A stretch of 64,000 nt of DNA, taken from NCBI GenBank assembly GCA_964016885.1, contig OZ024759.1:5394001-5458000 (forward strand), in the 5' to 3' direction. Source of the DNA: Eledone cirrhosa. Its lineage: Eukaryota. Under the pieces are notes generated by a model. That model had not been told where the DNA came from. It saw nothing but the letters and a program-made list of their open reading frames with translations, and made no database searches. Positions 41,000 to 53,399 of this stretch are shown one piece after another (the stretch's first letter is position 1; each line of letters begins with the position of its first letter). The translations under genes and the position numbers were made by a program.

Positions 41000-43900
41000 C
41001 TGTTGGTGAGAATTCATTTAAGTTCATGGTATTAGTTGTCAGAAGTAACACCAATGTTGGTGAGAATTAATTTAAATCATGGTATTAGTTGTCAGAAGTA
41101 ACTCCAATGTTGGTGAGAATTCATTTAAGTCATGGTACTAGCTGTCAGAAGTAACTCCAATGTTGGTGAGAATTCATTTAAGTTCATGGTATTAGCTGTC
41201 AGAAGGAACTCCACTGTTGGTGAGAATTCATTTAAGTTCATGGTACTAGCTGTCAGAAGTAACTCCACTGTTGGTGAGAATTCAGTTAAGTTCATGGTAC
41301 TAGCTGTCAGAAGTAACTCCTCTGTTGGTGAGAATTCAGTTAATTTCATGGTATTAGCTGTCAGAAGGAACTCCACTGTTGGTGAGAATTCATTTAAGTT
41401 CATGGTATTAGCTGTCAGAAGTAACTCCACTGTTGGTGAGAATTCATTTAAGTTCATGGTACTAGCTGTCAGAAGTAACTCCACTGTTGGTGAGAATTCA
41501 TTTAAGTTCATGGTACTAGCTGTCAGAAGTAACTCCACTGTTGGTGAGAATTCAGTTAAGTTCATGGTATTAGTTGTCAGAAGTAACTCCACTGTTTGTG
41601 AGAATTAATTTAAATCATGGTATTAGTTGTCAGAAGTAACTACAATGTTGGTGAGAATTCATTTAAGTTCATGGTACTAGCTGTCAGAAGTAACTCCACT
41701 GTTGGTGAGAATTCATTTAAGTTCATGGTACTAGCTGTCAGAAGTAACTCCACTGTTGGTGAGAATTCATTTAAGTTCATGGTACTAGCTGTCAGAAGTA
41801 ACTCCACTGTTGGTGAGAATTCATTTAAGCTCATGGTACTAGCTGTCAGAAGTAACTCCACTGTTGGTGAGAATTCATTTAAGTTCATGGTACTAGCTGT
41901 CAGAAGTAACTCCAATGTTGGTGAGAATTCATTTAAGTTCATGGTATTAGCTGTCAGAAGGAACTCCACTGTTGGTGAGAATTCATTTAAGTTCATGGTA
42001 TTAGCTGTCAGAAGTAACTCCACTGTTGGTGAGAATTCATTTAAGTTCATGGTACTAGTTGTCAGAAGTAACTCCACTGTTGGTGAGAATTCATTTAAGT
42101 TCATGGTATTAGTTGTCAGAAGTAACTCCACTCTTGGTGAGAATTCATTTAAGTCATGGTATTAGTTGTCAGAAGTAACTCCAATGTTGGTGAGAATTCA
42201 TTTAAGTTCATGGTACTAGCTGTCAGAAGTAACTCCACTGTTGGTGAGAATTCATTTAAGTTCATGGTATTAGCTGTCAGAAGTAACTCCACTGTTGGTG
42301 AGAATTCATTTAAGTCATGGTATTAGCTGTCAGAAGTAACTCCATTGTTGGTGAGAATTCATTTAAGTCATGGTACTAGCTGTCAGAAGTAACACCACTG
42401 TTGGTGAGAATTAATTTAAATCATGGTATTAGTTGTCAGAAGTAACTCCAATGTTGGTGAGAATTCATTTAAGTCATGGTACTAGCTGTCAGAAGTAACT
42501 CCACTGTTGGTGAGAATTCAGTTAAGTTCATGGTACTAGCTGTCAGAAGTAACTCCTCTGTTGGTGAGAATTCAGTTAAGTTCATGGTATTAGCTGTCAG
42601 AAGGAACTCCACTGTTGGTGAGAATTCATTTAAGTTCATGGTATTAGCTGTCAGAAGTCACTCCACTGTTGGTGAGAATTCATTTAAGTTCATGGTACTA
42701 GCTGTCAGAAGTAACTCCACTGTTGGTGAGAATTCATTTAAGTTCATGGTACTAGCTGTCAGAAGTAACTCCACTGTTGGTGAGAATTCAGTTAAGTTCA
42801 TGGTATTAGTTGTCAGAAGTAACTCCACTGTTGGTGAGAATTAATTTAAATCATGGTATTAGTTGTCAGAAGTAACTCTACTGTTGGTGAGAATTAATTT
42901 AAATCATGGTATTAGTTGTCAGAAGTAACTCCAATGTTGGTGAGAATTCATTTAAGTTCATGGTACTAGCTGTCAGAAGTAACTCCACTGTTGGTGAGAA
43001 TTCATTTAAGTTCATGGTATTAGCTGTCAGAAGTAACTCCACTGTTGGTGAGAATTCATTTAAGTCATGGTATTAGCTGTCAGAAGTAACTCCATTGTTT
43101 GTGAGAATTCATTTAAGTCATGGTACTAGCTGTCAGAAGTAACTCCACTGTTGGTGAGAATTCATTTAAGTTCATGGTACTAGCTGTCAGAAGTAACTCC
43201 ACTGTTGGTGAGAATTCATTTAAGTTCATGGTATTAGCTGTCAGAAGTAACTCCACTGTTGGTGAGAATTCATTTAAGTTCATGGTATTAGCTGTCAGAA
43301 GTAACTCCACTGTTGGTGAGAATTCATTTAAGTTCATGGTATTAGTTGTCAGAAGTAACACCAATGTTGGTGAGAATTAATTTAAATCATGGTATTAGTT
43401 GTCAGAAGTAACTCCAATGTTGGTGAGAATTCATTTAAGTCATGGTACTAGCTGTCAGAAGTAACTCCAATGTTGGTGAGAATTCATTTAAGTTCATGGT
43501 ATTAGCTGTCAGAAGGAACTCCACTGTTGGTGAGAATTCATTTAAGTTCATGGTACTAGCTGTCAGAAGTAACTCCACTGTTGGTGAGAATTCAGTTAAG
43601 TTCATGGTACTAGCTGTCAGAAGTAACTCCTCTGTTGGTGAGAATTCAGTTAATTTCATGGTATTAGCTGTCAGAAGGAACTCCACTGTTGGTGAGAATT
43701 CATTTAAGTTCATGGTATTAGCTGTCAGAAGTAACTCCACTGTTGGTGAGAATTCATTTAAGTTCATGGTACTAGCTGTCAGAAGTAACTCCACTGTTGG
43801 TGAGAATTCATTTAAGTTCATGGTACTAGCTGTCAGAAGTAACTCCACTGTTGGTGAGAATTCAGTTAAGTTCATGGTATTAGTTGTCAGAAGTAACTCC

Positions 43901-44830
43901 ACTGTTTGTGAGAATTAATTTAAATCATGGTATTAGTTGTCAGAAGTAACTACAATGTTGGTGAGAATTCATTTAAGTTCATGGTACTAGCTGTCAGAAG
44001 TAACTCCACTGTTGGTGAGAATTCATTTAAGTTCATGGTACTAGCTGTCAGAAGTAACTCCACTGTTGGTGAGAATTCATTTAAGTTCATGGTACTAGCT
44101 GTCAGAAGTAACTCCACTGTTGGTGAGAATTCATTTAAGCTCATGGTACTAGCTGTCAGAAGTAACTCCACTGTTGGTGAGAATTCATTTAAGTTCATGG
44201 TACTAGCTGTCAGAAGTAACTCCAATGTTGGTGAGAATTCATTTAAGTTCATGGTATTAGCTGTCAGAAGGAACTCCACTGTTGGTGAGAATTCATTTAA
44301 GTTCATGGTATTAGCTGTCAGAAGTAACTCCACTGTTGGTGAGAATTCATTTAAGTTCATGGTACTAGTTGTCAGAAGTAACTCCACTGTTGGTGAGAAT
44401 TCATTTAAGTTCATGGTATTAGTTGTCAGAAGTAACTCCACTCTTGGTGAGAATTCATTTAAGTCATGGTATTAGTTGTCAGAAGTAACTCCAATGTTGG
44501 TGAGAATTCATTTAAGTTCATGGTACTAGCTGTCAGAAGTAACTCCACTGTTGGTGAGAATTCATTTAAGTTCATGGTATTAGCTGTCAGAAGTAACTCC
44601 ACTGTTGGTGAGAATTCATTTAAGTCATGGTATTAGCTGTCAGAAGTAACTCCATTGTTGGTGAGAATTCATTTAAGTCATGGTACTAGCTGTCAGAAGT
44701 AACACCACTGTTGGTGAGAATTAATTTAAATCATGGTATTAGTTGTCAGAAGTAACTCCAATGTTGGTGAGAATTCATTTAAGTCATGGTACTAGCTGTC
44801 AGAAGTAACTCCACTGTTGGTGAGAATTCA
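41000..44830. repeat. 2310-bp (43-monomer) tandem duplication, ~1.65 copies
   Basis: Private variants TACAATG at 41641/43951 and CTCTTGG at 42131/44441. ORF blocks 41125/43435 and 41617/43927. Confidence 0.9.
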
Positions 44831-46609
44831 TTTAAGTTCATGGTATTAGCTGTCAGAAGTAACTCCACTGTTGGTGAGAATTCATTTAAGTCATGGTATT
44901 AGCTGTCAGAAGTAACTCCATTGTTTGTGAGAATTCATTTAAGTCATGGTACTAGCTGTCAGAAGTAACTCCACTGTTGGTGAGAATTCATTTAAGTTCA
45001 TGGTACTAGCTGTCAGAAGTAACTCCACTGTTGGTGAGAATTCATTTAAGTTCATGGTATTAGCTGTCAGAAGTAACTCCACTGTTGGTGAGAATTCATT
45101 TAAGTTCATGGTATTAGTTGTCAGAAGTAACTCCAATGTTGGTGAGAATTCATTTAAGTTCATGGTACGAGCTGTCAGAAGTAACTCCACTGTTGGTGAG
45201 AACTCATTTAAGTTCATGGTATTAGCTGTCAGAAGTAACTCCACTGTTGGTGAGAATTCATTTAAGTTCATGGTATTAGCTGTCAGAAGTAACTCCACTG
45301 TTGGTGAGAATTCATTTAAGTTCATGGTACTAGCTGTCAGAAGTAACTCCACTGTTGGTGAGAATTCATTTAAGTTCATGGTATTAGCTGTCAGAAGTAA
45401 CTCCACTGTTGGTGAGAATTCATTTAAGTTCATGGTACTAGCTGTCAGAAGTAACTCCACTGTTGGTGAGAATTCATTTAAGTCATGGTATTAGCTGTCA
45501 GAAGTAACTCCGATGTTGGTGAGAATTCATTTAAGTCATGGTACTAGCTGTCAGAAGTAACTCCAATGTTGGTGAGAATTCATTTAAGTTCATGGTATTA
45601 GCTGTCAGAAGGAACTCCACTGTTGGTGAGAATTCATTTAAGTTCATGGTATTAGCTGTCAGAAGTAACTCCACTGTTGGTGAGAATTCATTTAAGTTCA
45701 TGGTACTAGCTGTCAGAAGTAACTCCACTGTTGGTGAGAATTCAGTTAAGTTCATGGTACTAGCTGTCAGAAGTAACTCCACTGTTGGTGAGAATTCAGT
45801 TAAGTTCATGGTATTAGCTGTCAGAAGGAACTCCACTGTTGGTGAGAATTCATTTAAGTTCATGGTATTAGCTGTCAGAAGTAACTCCACTGTTGGTGAG
45901 AATTCATTTAAGTTCATGGTACTAGCTGTCAGAAGTAACTCCACTGTTGGTGAGAATTCATTTAAGTTCATGGTATTAGTTGTCAGAAGTAACACCAATG
46001 TTGGTGAGAATTAATTTAAATCATGGTATTAGTTGTCAGAAGTAACTCCAATGTTGGTGAGAATTCATTTAAGTCATGGTACTAGCTGTCAGAAGTAACT
46101 CCAATGTTGGTGAGAATTCATTTAAGTTCATGGTATTAGCTGTCAGAAGGAACTCCACTGTTGGTGAGAATTCATTTAAGTTCATGGTACTAGCTGTCAG
46201 AAGTAACTCCACTGTTGGTGAGAATTCATTTAAGTTCATGGTACTAGCTGTCAGAAGTAACTCCACTGTTGGTGAGAATTCATTTAAGTTCATGGTACTA
46301 GCTGTCAGAAGTAACTCCACTGTTGGTGAGAATTCAGTTAAGTTCATGGTATTAGTTGTCAGAAGTAACTCCACTGTTTGTGAGAATTAATTTAAATCAT
46401 GGTATTAGTTGTCAGAAGTAACTCCAATGTTGGTGAGAATTCATTTAAGTTCATGGTACTAGCTGTCAGAAGTAACTCCACTGTTGGTGAGAATTCATTT
46501 AAGTTCATGGTATTAGCTGTCAGAAGTAACTCCACTGTTGGTGAGAATTCATTTAAGTCATGGTATTAGCTGTCAGAAGTAACTCCATTGTTGGTGAGAA
46601 TTCATTTAA

Positions 46610-49600
46610 GTCATGGTACTAGCTGTCAGAAGTAACTCCACTGTTGGTGAGAATTCAGTTAAGTTCATGGTATTAGTTGTCAGAAGTAACTCCACTGTTT
46701 GTGAGAATTAATTTAAATCATGGTATTAGTTGTCAGAAGTAACTCCAATGTTGGTGAGAATTCATTTAAGTTCATGGTACTAGCTGTCAGAAGTAACTCC
46801 ACTGTTGGTGAGAATTCATTTAAGTTCATGGTATTAGCTGTCAGAAGTAACTCCACTGTTGGTGAGAATTCATTTAAGTCATGGTATTAGCTGTCAGAAG
46901 TAACTCCATTGTTGGTGAGAATTCATTTAAGTCATGGTACTAGCTGTCAGAAGTAACTCCACTGTTGGTGAGAATTCATTTAAGTTCATGGTACTAGCTG
47001 TCAGAAGTAACTCCACTGATTGTGAGAATTCATTTAAGTTCATGGTACTAGCTGTCAGAAGTAACTCCACTGTTGGTGAGAATTCATTTAAGCTCATGGT
47101 ACTAGCTCTCAGAAGTAACTCCACTGTTGGTGAGAATTCATTTAAGTTCATGGTACTAGCTGTCAGAAGTAACTCCAATGTTCGTGAGAATTCATTTAAG
47201 TTCATGGTATTAGCTGTCAGAAGGAACTCCACTGTTGGTGAGAATTCATTTAAGTTCATGGTATTAGCTGTCAGAAGTAACTCCACTGTTGGTGAGAATT
47301 CATTTAAGTTCATGGTACTAGTTGTCAGAAGTAACTCCACTGTTGGTGAGAATTCATTTAAGTTCATGGTATTAGTTGTCAGAAGTAACTCCACTGTTGG
47401 TGAGAATTCATTTAAGTCATGGTATTAGTTGTCAGAAGTAACTCCAATGTTGGTGAGAATTCATTTAAGTTCATGGTACTAGCTGTCAGAAGTAACTCCA
47501 CTGTTGGTGAGAATTCATTTAAGTTCATGGTATTAGCTGTCAGAAGTAACTCCACTGTTGGTGAGAATTCATTTAAGTCATGATATTAGCTGTCAGAAGT
47601 AACACCATTGTTGGTGAGAATTCATTTAAGTCATGGTACTAGCTGTCAGAAGTAACACCACTGTTGGTGAGAATTAATTTAAATCATGGTATTAGTTGTC
47701 AGAAGTAACTCCAATGTTGGTGAGAATTCATTTAAGTCATGGTACTAGCTGTCAGAAGTAACTCCACTGTTGGTGAGAATTCAGTTAAGTTCATGGTACT
47801 AGCTGTCAGAAGTAACTCCTCTGTTGGTGAGAATTCAGTTAAGTTCATGGTATTAGCTGTCAGAAGGAACTCCACTGTTGGTGAGAATTCATTTAAGTTC
47901 ATGGTATTAGCTGTCAGAAGTAACTCCACTGTTGGTGAGAATTCATTTAAGTTCATGGTACTAGCTGTCAGAAGTAACTCCACTGTTGGTGAGAATTCAT
48001 TTAAGTTCATGGTACTAGCTGTCAGAAGTAACTCCACTGTTGGTGAGAATTCAGTTAAGTTCATGGTATTAGTTGTCAGAAGTAACTCCACTGTTGGTGA
48101 GAATTAATTTAAATCATGGTATTAGTTGTCAGAAGTAACTCCAATGTTGGTGAGAATTCATTTAAGTTCATGGTACTAGCTGTCAGAAGTAACTCCACTG
48201 TTGGTGAGAATTCATTTAAGTTCATGGTATTAGCTGTCAGAAGTAACTCCACTGTTGGTGAGAATTCATTTAAGTCATGGTATTAGCTGTCAGAAGTAAC
48301 TCCATTGTTGGTGAGAATTCATTTAAGTCATGGTACTAGCTGTCAGAAGTAACTCCACTGTTGGTGAGAATTCATTTAAGTTCATGGTACTAGCTGTCAG
48401 AAGTAACTCCACTGATTGTGAGAATTCATTTAAGTTCATGGTACTAGCTGTCAGAAGTAACTCCACTGTTGGTGAGAATTCATTTAAGCTCATGGTACTA
48501 GCTCTCAGAAGTAACTCCACTGTTGGTGAGAATTCATTTAAGTTCATGGTACTAGCTGTCAGAAGTAACTCCAATGTTCGTGAGAATTCATTTAAGTTCA
48601 TGGTATTAGCTGTCAGAAGGAACTCCACTGTTGGTGAGAATTCATTTAAGTTCATGGTATTAGCTGTCAGAAGTAACTCCACTGTTGGTGAGAATTCATT
48701 TAAGTTCATGGTACTAGTTGTCAGAAGTAACTCCACTGTTGGTGAGAATTCATTTAAGTTCATGGTATTAGTTGTCAGAAGTAACTCCACTGTTGGTGAG
48801 AATTCATTTAAGTCATGGTATTAGTTGTCAGAAGTAACTCCAATGTTGGTGAGAATTCATTTAAGTTCATGGTACTAGCTGTCAGAAGTAACTCCACTGT
48901 TGGTGAGAATTCATTTAAGTTCATGGTATTAGCTGTCAGAAGTAACTCCACTGTTGGTGAGAATTCATTTAAGTCATGGTATTAGCTGTCAGAAGTAACA
49001 CCATTGTTGGTGAGAATTCATTTAAGTCATGGTACTAGCTGTCAGAAGTAACACCACTGTTGGTGAGAATTAATTTAAATCATGGTATTAGTTGTCAGAA
49101 GTAACTCCAATGTTGGTGAGAATTCATTTAAGTCATGGTACTAGCTGTCAGAAGTAACTCCACTGTTGGTGAGAATTCAGTTAAGTTCATGGTACTAGCT
49201 GTCAGAAGTAACTCCTCTGTTGGTGAGAATTCAGTTAAGTTCATGGTATTAGCTGTCAGAAGGAACTCCACTGTTGGTGAGAATTCATTTAAGTTCATGG
49301 TATTAGCTGTCAGAAGTAACTCCACTGTTGGTGAGAATTCATTTAAGTTCATGGTACTAGCTGTCAGAAGTAACTCCACTGTTGGTGAGAATTCATTTAA
49401 GTTCATGGTACTAGCTGTCAGAAGTAACTCCACTGTTGGTGAGAATTCAGTTAAGTTCATGGTATTAGTTGTCAGAAGTAACTCCACTGTTGGTGAGAAT
49501 TAATTTAAATCATGGTATTAGTTGTCAGAAGTAACTCCAATGTTGGTGAGAATTCATTTAAGTTCATGGTACTAGCTGTCAGAAGTAACTCCACTGTTGG

Positions 49601-50400
49601 TGAGAATTCATTTAAGTTCATGGTATTAGCTGTCAGAAGTAACTCCACTGTTGGTGAGAATTCATTTAAGTCATGGTATTAGCTGTCAGAAGTAACTCCA
49701 TTGTTGGTGAGAATTCATTTAAGTCATGGTACTAGCTGTCAGAAGTAACTCCACTGTTGGTGAGAATTCATTTAAGTTCATGGTACTAGCTGTCAGAAGT
49801 AACTCCACTGTTGGTGAGAATTCATTTAAGTTCATGGTACTAGCTGTCAGAAGTAACTCCACTGTTGGTGAGAATTCATTTAAGCTCATGGTACTAGCTG
49901 TCAGAAGTAACTCCACTGTTGGTGAGAATTCATTTAAGTTCATGGTACTAGCTGTCAGAAGTAACTCCAATGTTGGTGAGAATTCATTTAAGTTCATGGT
50001 ATTAGCTGTCAGAAGGAACTCCACTGTTGGTGAGAATTCATTTAAGTTCATGGTATTAGCTGTCAGAAGTAACTCCACTGTTGGTGAGAATTCATTTAAG
50101 TTCATGGTACTAGTTGTCAGAAGTAACTCCACTGTTGGTGAGAATTCATTTAAGTTCATGGTATTAGTTGTCAGAAGTAACTCCACTGTTGGTGAGAATT
50201 CATTTAAGTCATGGTATTAGTTGTCAGAAGTAACTCCAATGTTGGTGAGAATTCATTTAAGTTCATGGTACTAGCTGTCAGAAGCAACTCCACTGTTGGT
50301 GAGAATTCATTTAAGTTCATGGTATTAGCTGTCAGAAGTAACTCCACTGTTGGTGAGAATTCATTTAAGTCATGGTATTAGCTGTCAGAAGTAACTCCAT
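46610..50400. repeat. 1396-bp (26-monomer) higher-order repeat, ~2.7 tandem copies
   Basis: ORF blocks 46927/48323/49719 and 47732/49128. Private variants ACTGATTGTG (47019/48415), GCTCTCAG, GTTCGTGAG and AACACCATTG are shared by the first two copies. Confidence 0.9.
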
Positions 50401-53399
50401 TGTTGGTGAGAATTCATTTGAGTCATGGTACTAGCTGTCAGAAGTAACTCCACTGTTGGTGAGAATTCATTTAAGTTCATGGTACTAGCTGTCAGAAGTA
50501 ACTCCACTGTTGGTGAGAATTCATTTAAGTTCATGGTACTAGCTGTCAGAAGTAACTCCACTGTTGGTGAGAATTCATTTAAGTTCATGGTACTAGCTGT
50601 CAGAAGTAACTCCACTGTTGGTGAGAATTCATTTAAGTCATGGTATTAGTTGTCAGAAGTAACTCCAATGTTGGTGAGAATTCATTTAAGTTCATGGTAC
50701 TAGCTGTCAGAAGTAACTCCACTGTTGGTGAGAATTCATTTAAGTTCATGGTATTAGCTGTCAGAAGTAACTCCACTGTTGGTGAGAATTCATTTAAGTC
50801 ATGGTATTAGCTGTCAGAAGTAACTCCACTGTTGGTGAGAATTCATTTAAGTCATGGTATTAGCTGTCAGAAGTAACTCCATTGTTGGTGAGAATTCATT
50901 TAAGTCATGGTACTAGCTGTCAGAAGTAACTCCACTGTTGGTTAGAATTCATTTAAGTTCATGGTACTAGCTGTCAGAAGTAACTCCACTGTTGGTGAGA
51001 ATTCATTTAAGTTCATGGTACTAGCTGTCAGAAGTAACTCCACTGTTGGTGAGAATTCATTTAAGTTCATGGTACTAGCTGTCAGAAGTAACTCCAATGT
51101 TGGTGAGAATTCATTTAAGTTCATGGTATTAGCTGTCAGAAGGAACTCCACTGTTGGTGAGAATTCATTTAAGTTCATGGTACTAGCTGTCAGAAGTAAC
51201 TCCAATGTTGGTGAGAATTCATTTAAGTTCATGGTATTAGCTGTCAGAAGGAACTCCACTGTTGGTGAGAATTCATTTAAGTTCATGGTATTAGCTGTCA
51301 GAAGTAACTCCACTGTTGGTGAGAATTCATTTAAGTTCATGGTACTAGTTGTCAGAAGTAACTCCACTGTTGGTGAGAATTCATTTAAGTTCATGGTATT
51401 AGCTGTCAGGAGTAACTCCACTGTTGGTGAGAATTCATTTAAGTCATGGTATTAGCTGTCAGAAGTAACTCCATTGTTGGTGAGAATTCATTTAAGTCAT
51501 GGTACAAGCTGTCAGAAGTAACTCCACTGTTGGTGAGAATTCATTTAAGTTCATGGTACTAGCTGTCAGAAGTAACTCCACTGTTGGTGAGAATTCATTT
51601 AAGTTCATGGTATTAGCTGTCAGAAGTAACTCCACTGTTGGTGAGAATTCATTTAAGGTCATGGTATTAGCTGTCAGAAGTAACTCCACTGTTGGTAAGA
51701 ATTCATTTAAGTCATGGTATTAGCTGTCAGAAGTAACTCCAATGTTGGTGAGAATTCATTTAAGTTCATGGTATTAGCTGTCAGAAGGAACTCTACTGTT
51801 GGTGAGAATTCATTTAAGTTCATAGTATTAGCTGTCAGAAGTAACTCCACTGTTGGTGAGAATTCATTTAAGTTCATGGTACTAGCTGTCAGAAGTAACT
51901 CCAATGTTGGTGAGAATTCATTTAAGTTCATGGTACTAGCTGTCAGAAGTAACTCCACTGTTGGTGAGAATTCATTTAAGTTCATGGTACTAGCTGTCAG
52001 AAGTAACTCCTCTGTTGCTGAGAATTCAGTTAAGTTCATGGTACTAGCTGTCAGAAGTAACTCCTCTGTTGGTGAGAATTCAGTTAAGTTCATGGTATTA
52101 GCTGTCAGAAGTAACTCCACTGTTGGTGAGAATTCATTTAAGTTCATGGTACTAGCTGTCAGAAGTAACTCCACTGTTGGTGAGAATTCATTTAAGTTCA
52201 TGGTACTAGCTGTCAGAAGTAACTCCTCTGTTGGTGAGAATTCAGTTAAGTTCATGGTACTAGCTGTCAGAAGTAACTCCTCTGTTGGTGAGAATTCAGT
52301 TAAGTTCATGGTATTAGCTGTCAGAAGTAACTCCACTGTTGGTGAGAATTCATTTAAGTTCATGGTACTAGCTGTCAGAAGTAACTCCACTGTTGGTGAG
52401 AATTCATTTAAGTTCATGGTACTAGCTGTCAGAAGTAACTCCACTGTTGGTGAGAATTCATTTAAGTTCATGGTACTAGCTGTCAGAAGTAACTCCAATG
52501 TTGGTGAGAATTCATTTAAGTTCATGGTATTAGCTGTCAGAAGTAACTCCACTGTTGGTGAGAATTCATTTAAGTCATGGTATTAGCTGTCAGAAGTAAC
52601 TCCATTGTTGGTGAGAATTCATTTAAGTCATGGTACTAGCTGTCAGAAGTAATTCCACTGTTGGTGAGAATTCATTTAAGTTCATGGTACTAGCTGTCAG
52701 AAGTAACTCCACTGTTGGTGAGAATTCATTTAAGTTCATGGTACTAGCTGTCAGAAGTAACTCCACTGTTGGTGAGAATTCATTTAAGTTCATGGTACTA
52801 GCTGTCAGAAGTAACTCCACTGTTGGTGAGAATTCATTTAAGTTCATGGTACTAGCTGTCAGAAGTAACTCCAATGTTGGTGAGAATTCATTTAAGTTCA
52901 TGGTATTAGCTGTCAGAGGTAACTCCACTGTTGGTGAGAATTCATTTAAGTCATGGTATTAGCTGTCAGAAGTAACTCCATTGTTGGTGAGAATTCATTT
53001 AAGTCATGGTACTAGCTGTCAGAAGTAATTCCACTGTTGGTGAGAATTCATTTAAGTTCATGGTACTAGCTGTCAGAAGTAACTCCACTGTTGGTGAGAA
53101 TTCATTTAAGTTCATGGTATTAGCTGTCAGAAGTAACTCCACTGTTGGTGAGAATTCATTTAAGTTCATGGTATTAGTTGTCAGAAGTAACGCCAATGTT
53201 GGTGAGAATTCATTTAAGTTCATGGTACTAGCTGTCAGAAGTAACTACACTGTTGGTGAGAATTCATTTAAGTTCATGGTATTAGCTGTCAGAAGTAACT
53301 CCACTGTTGGTGAGAATTCATTTAAGTTCATGGTATTAGCTGTCAGAAGTAACTCCACTGTTGGTGAGAATTCATTTAAGTCATGGTATTAGCTGTCAG

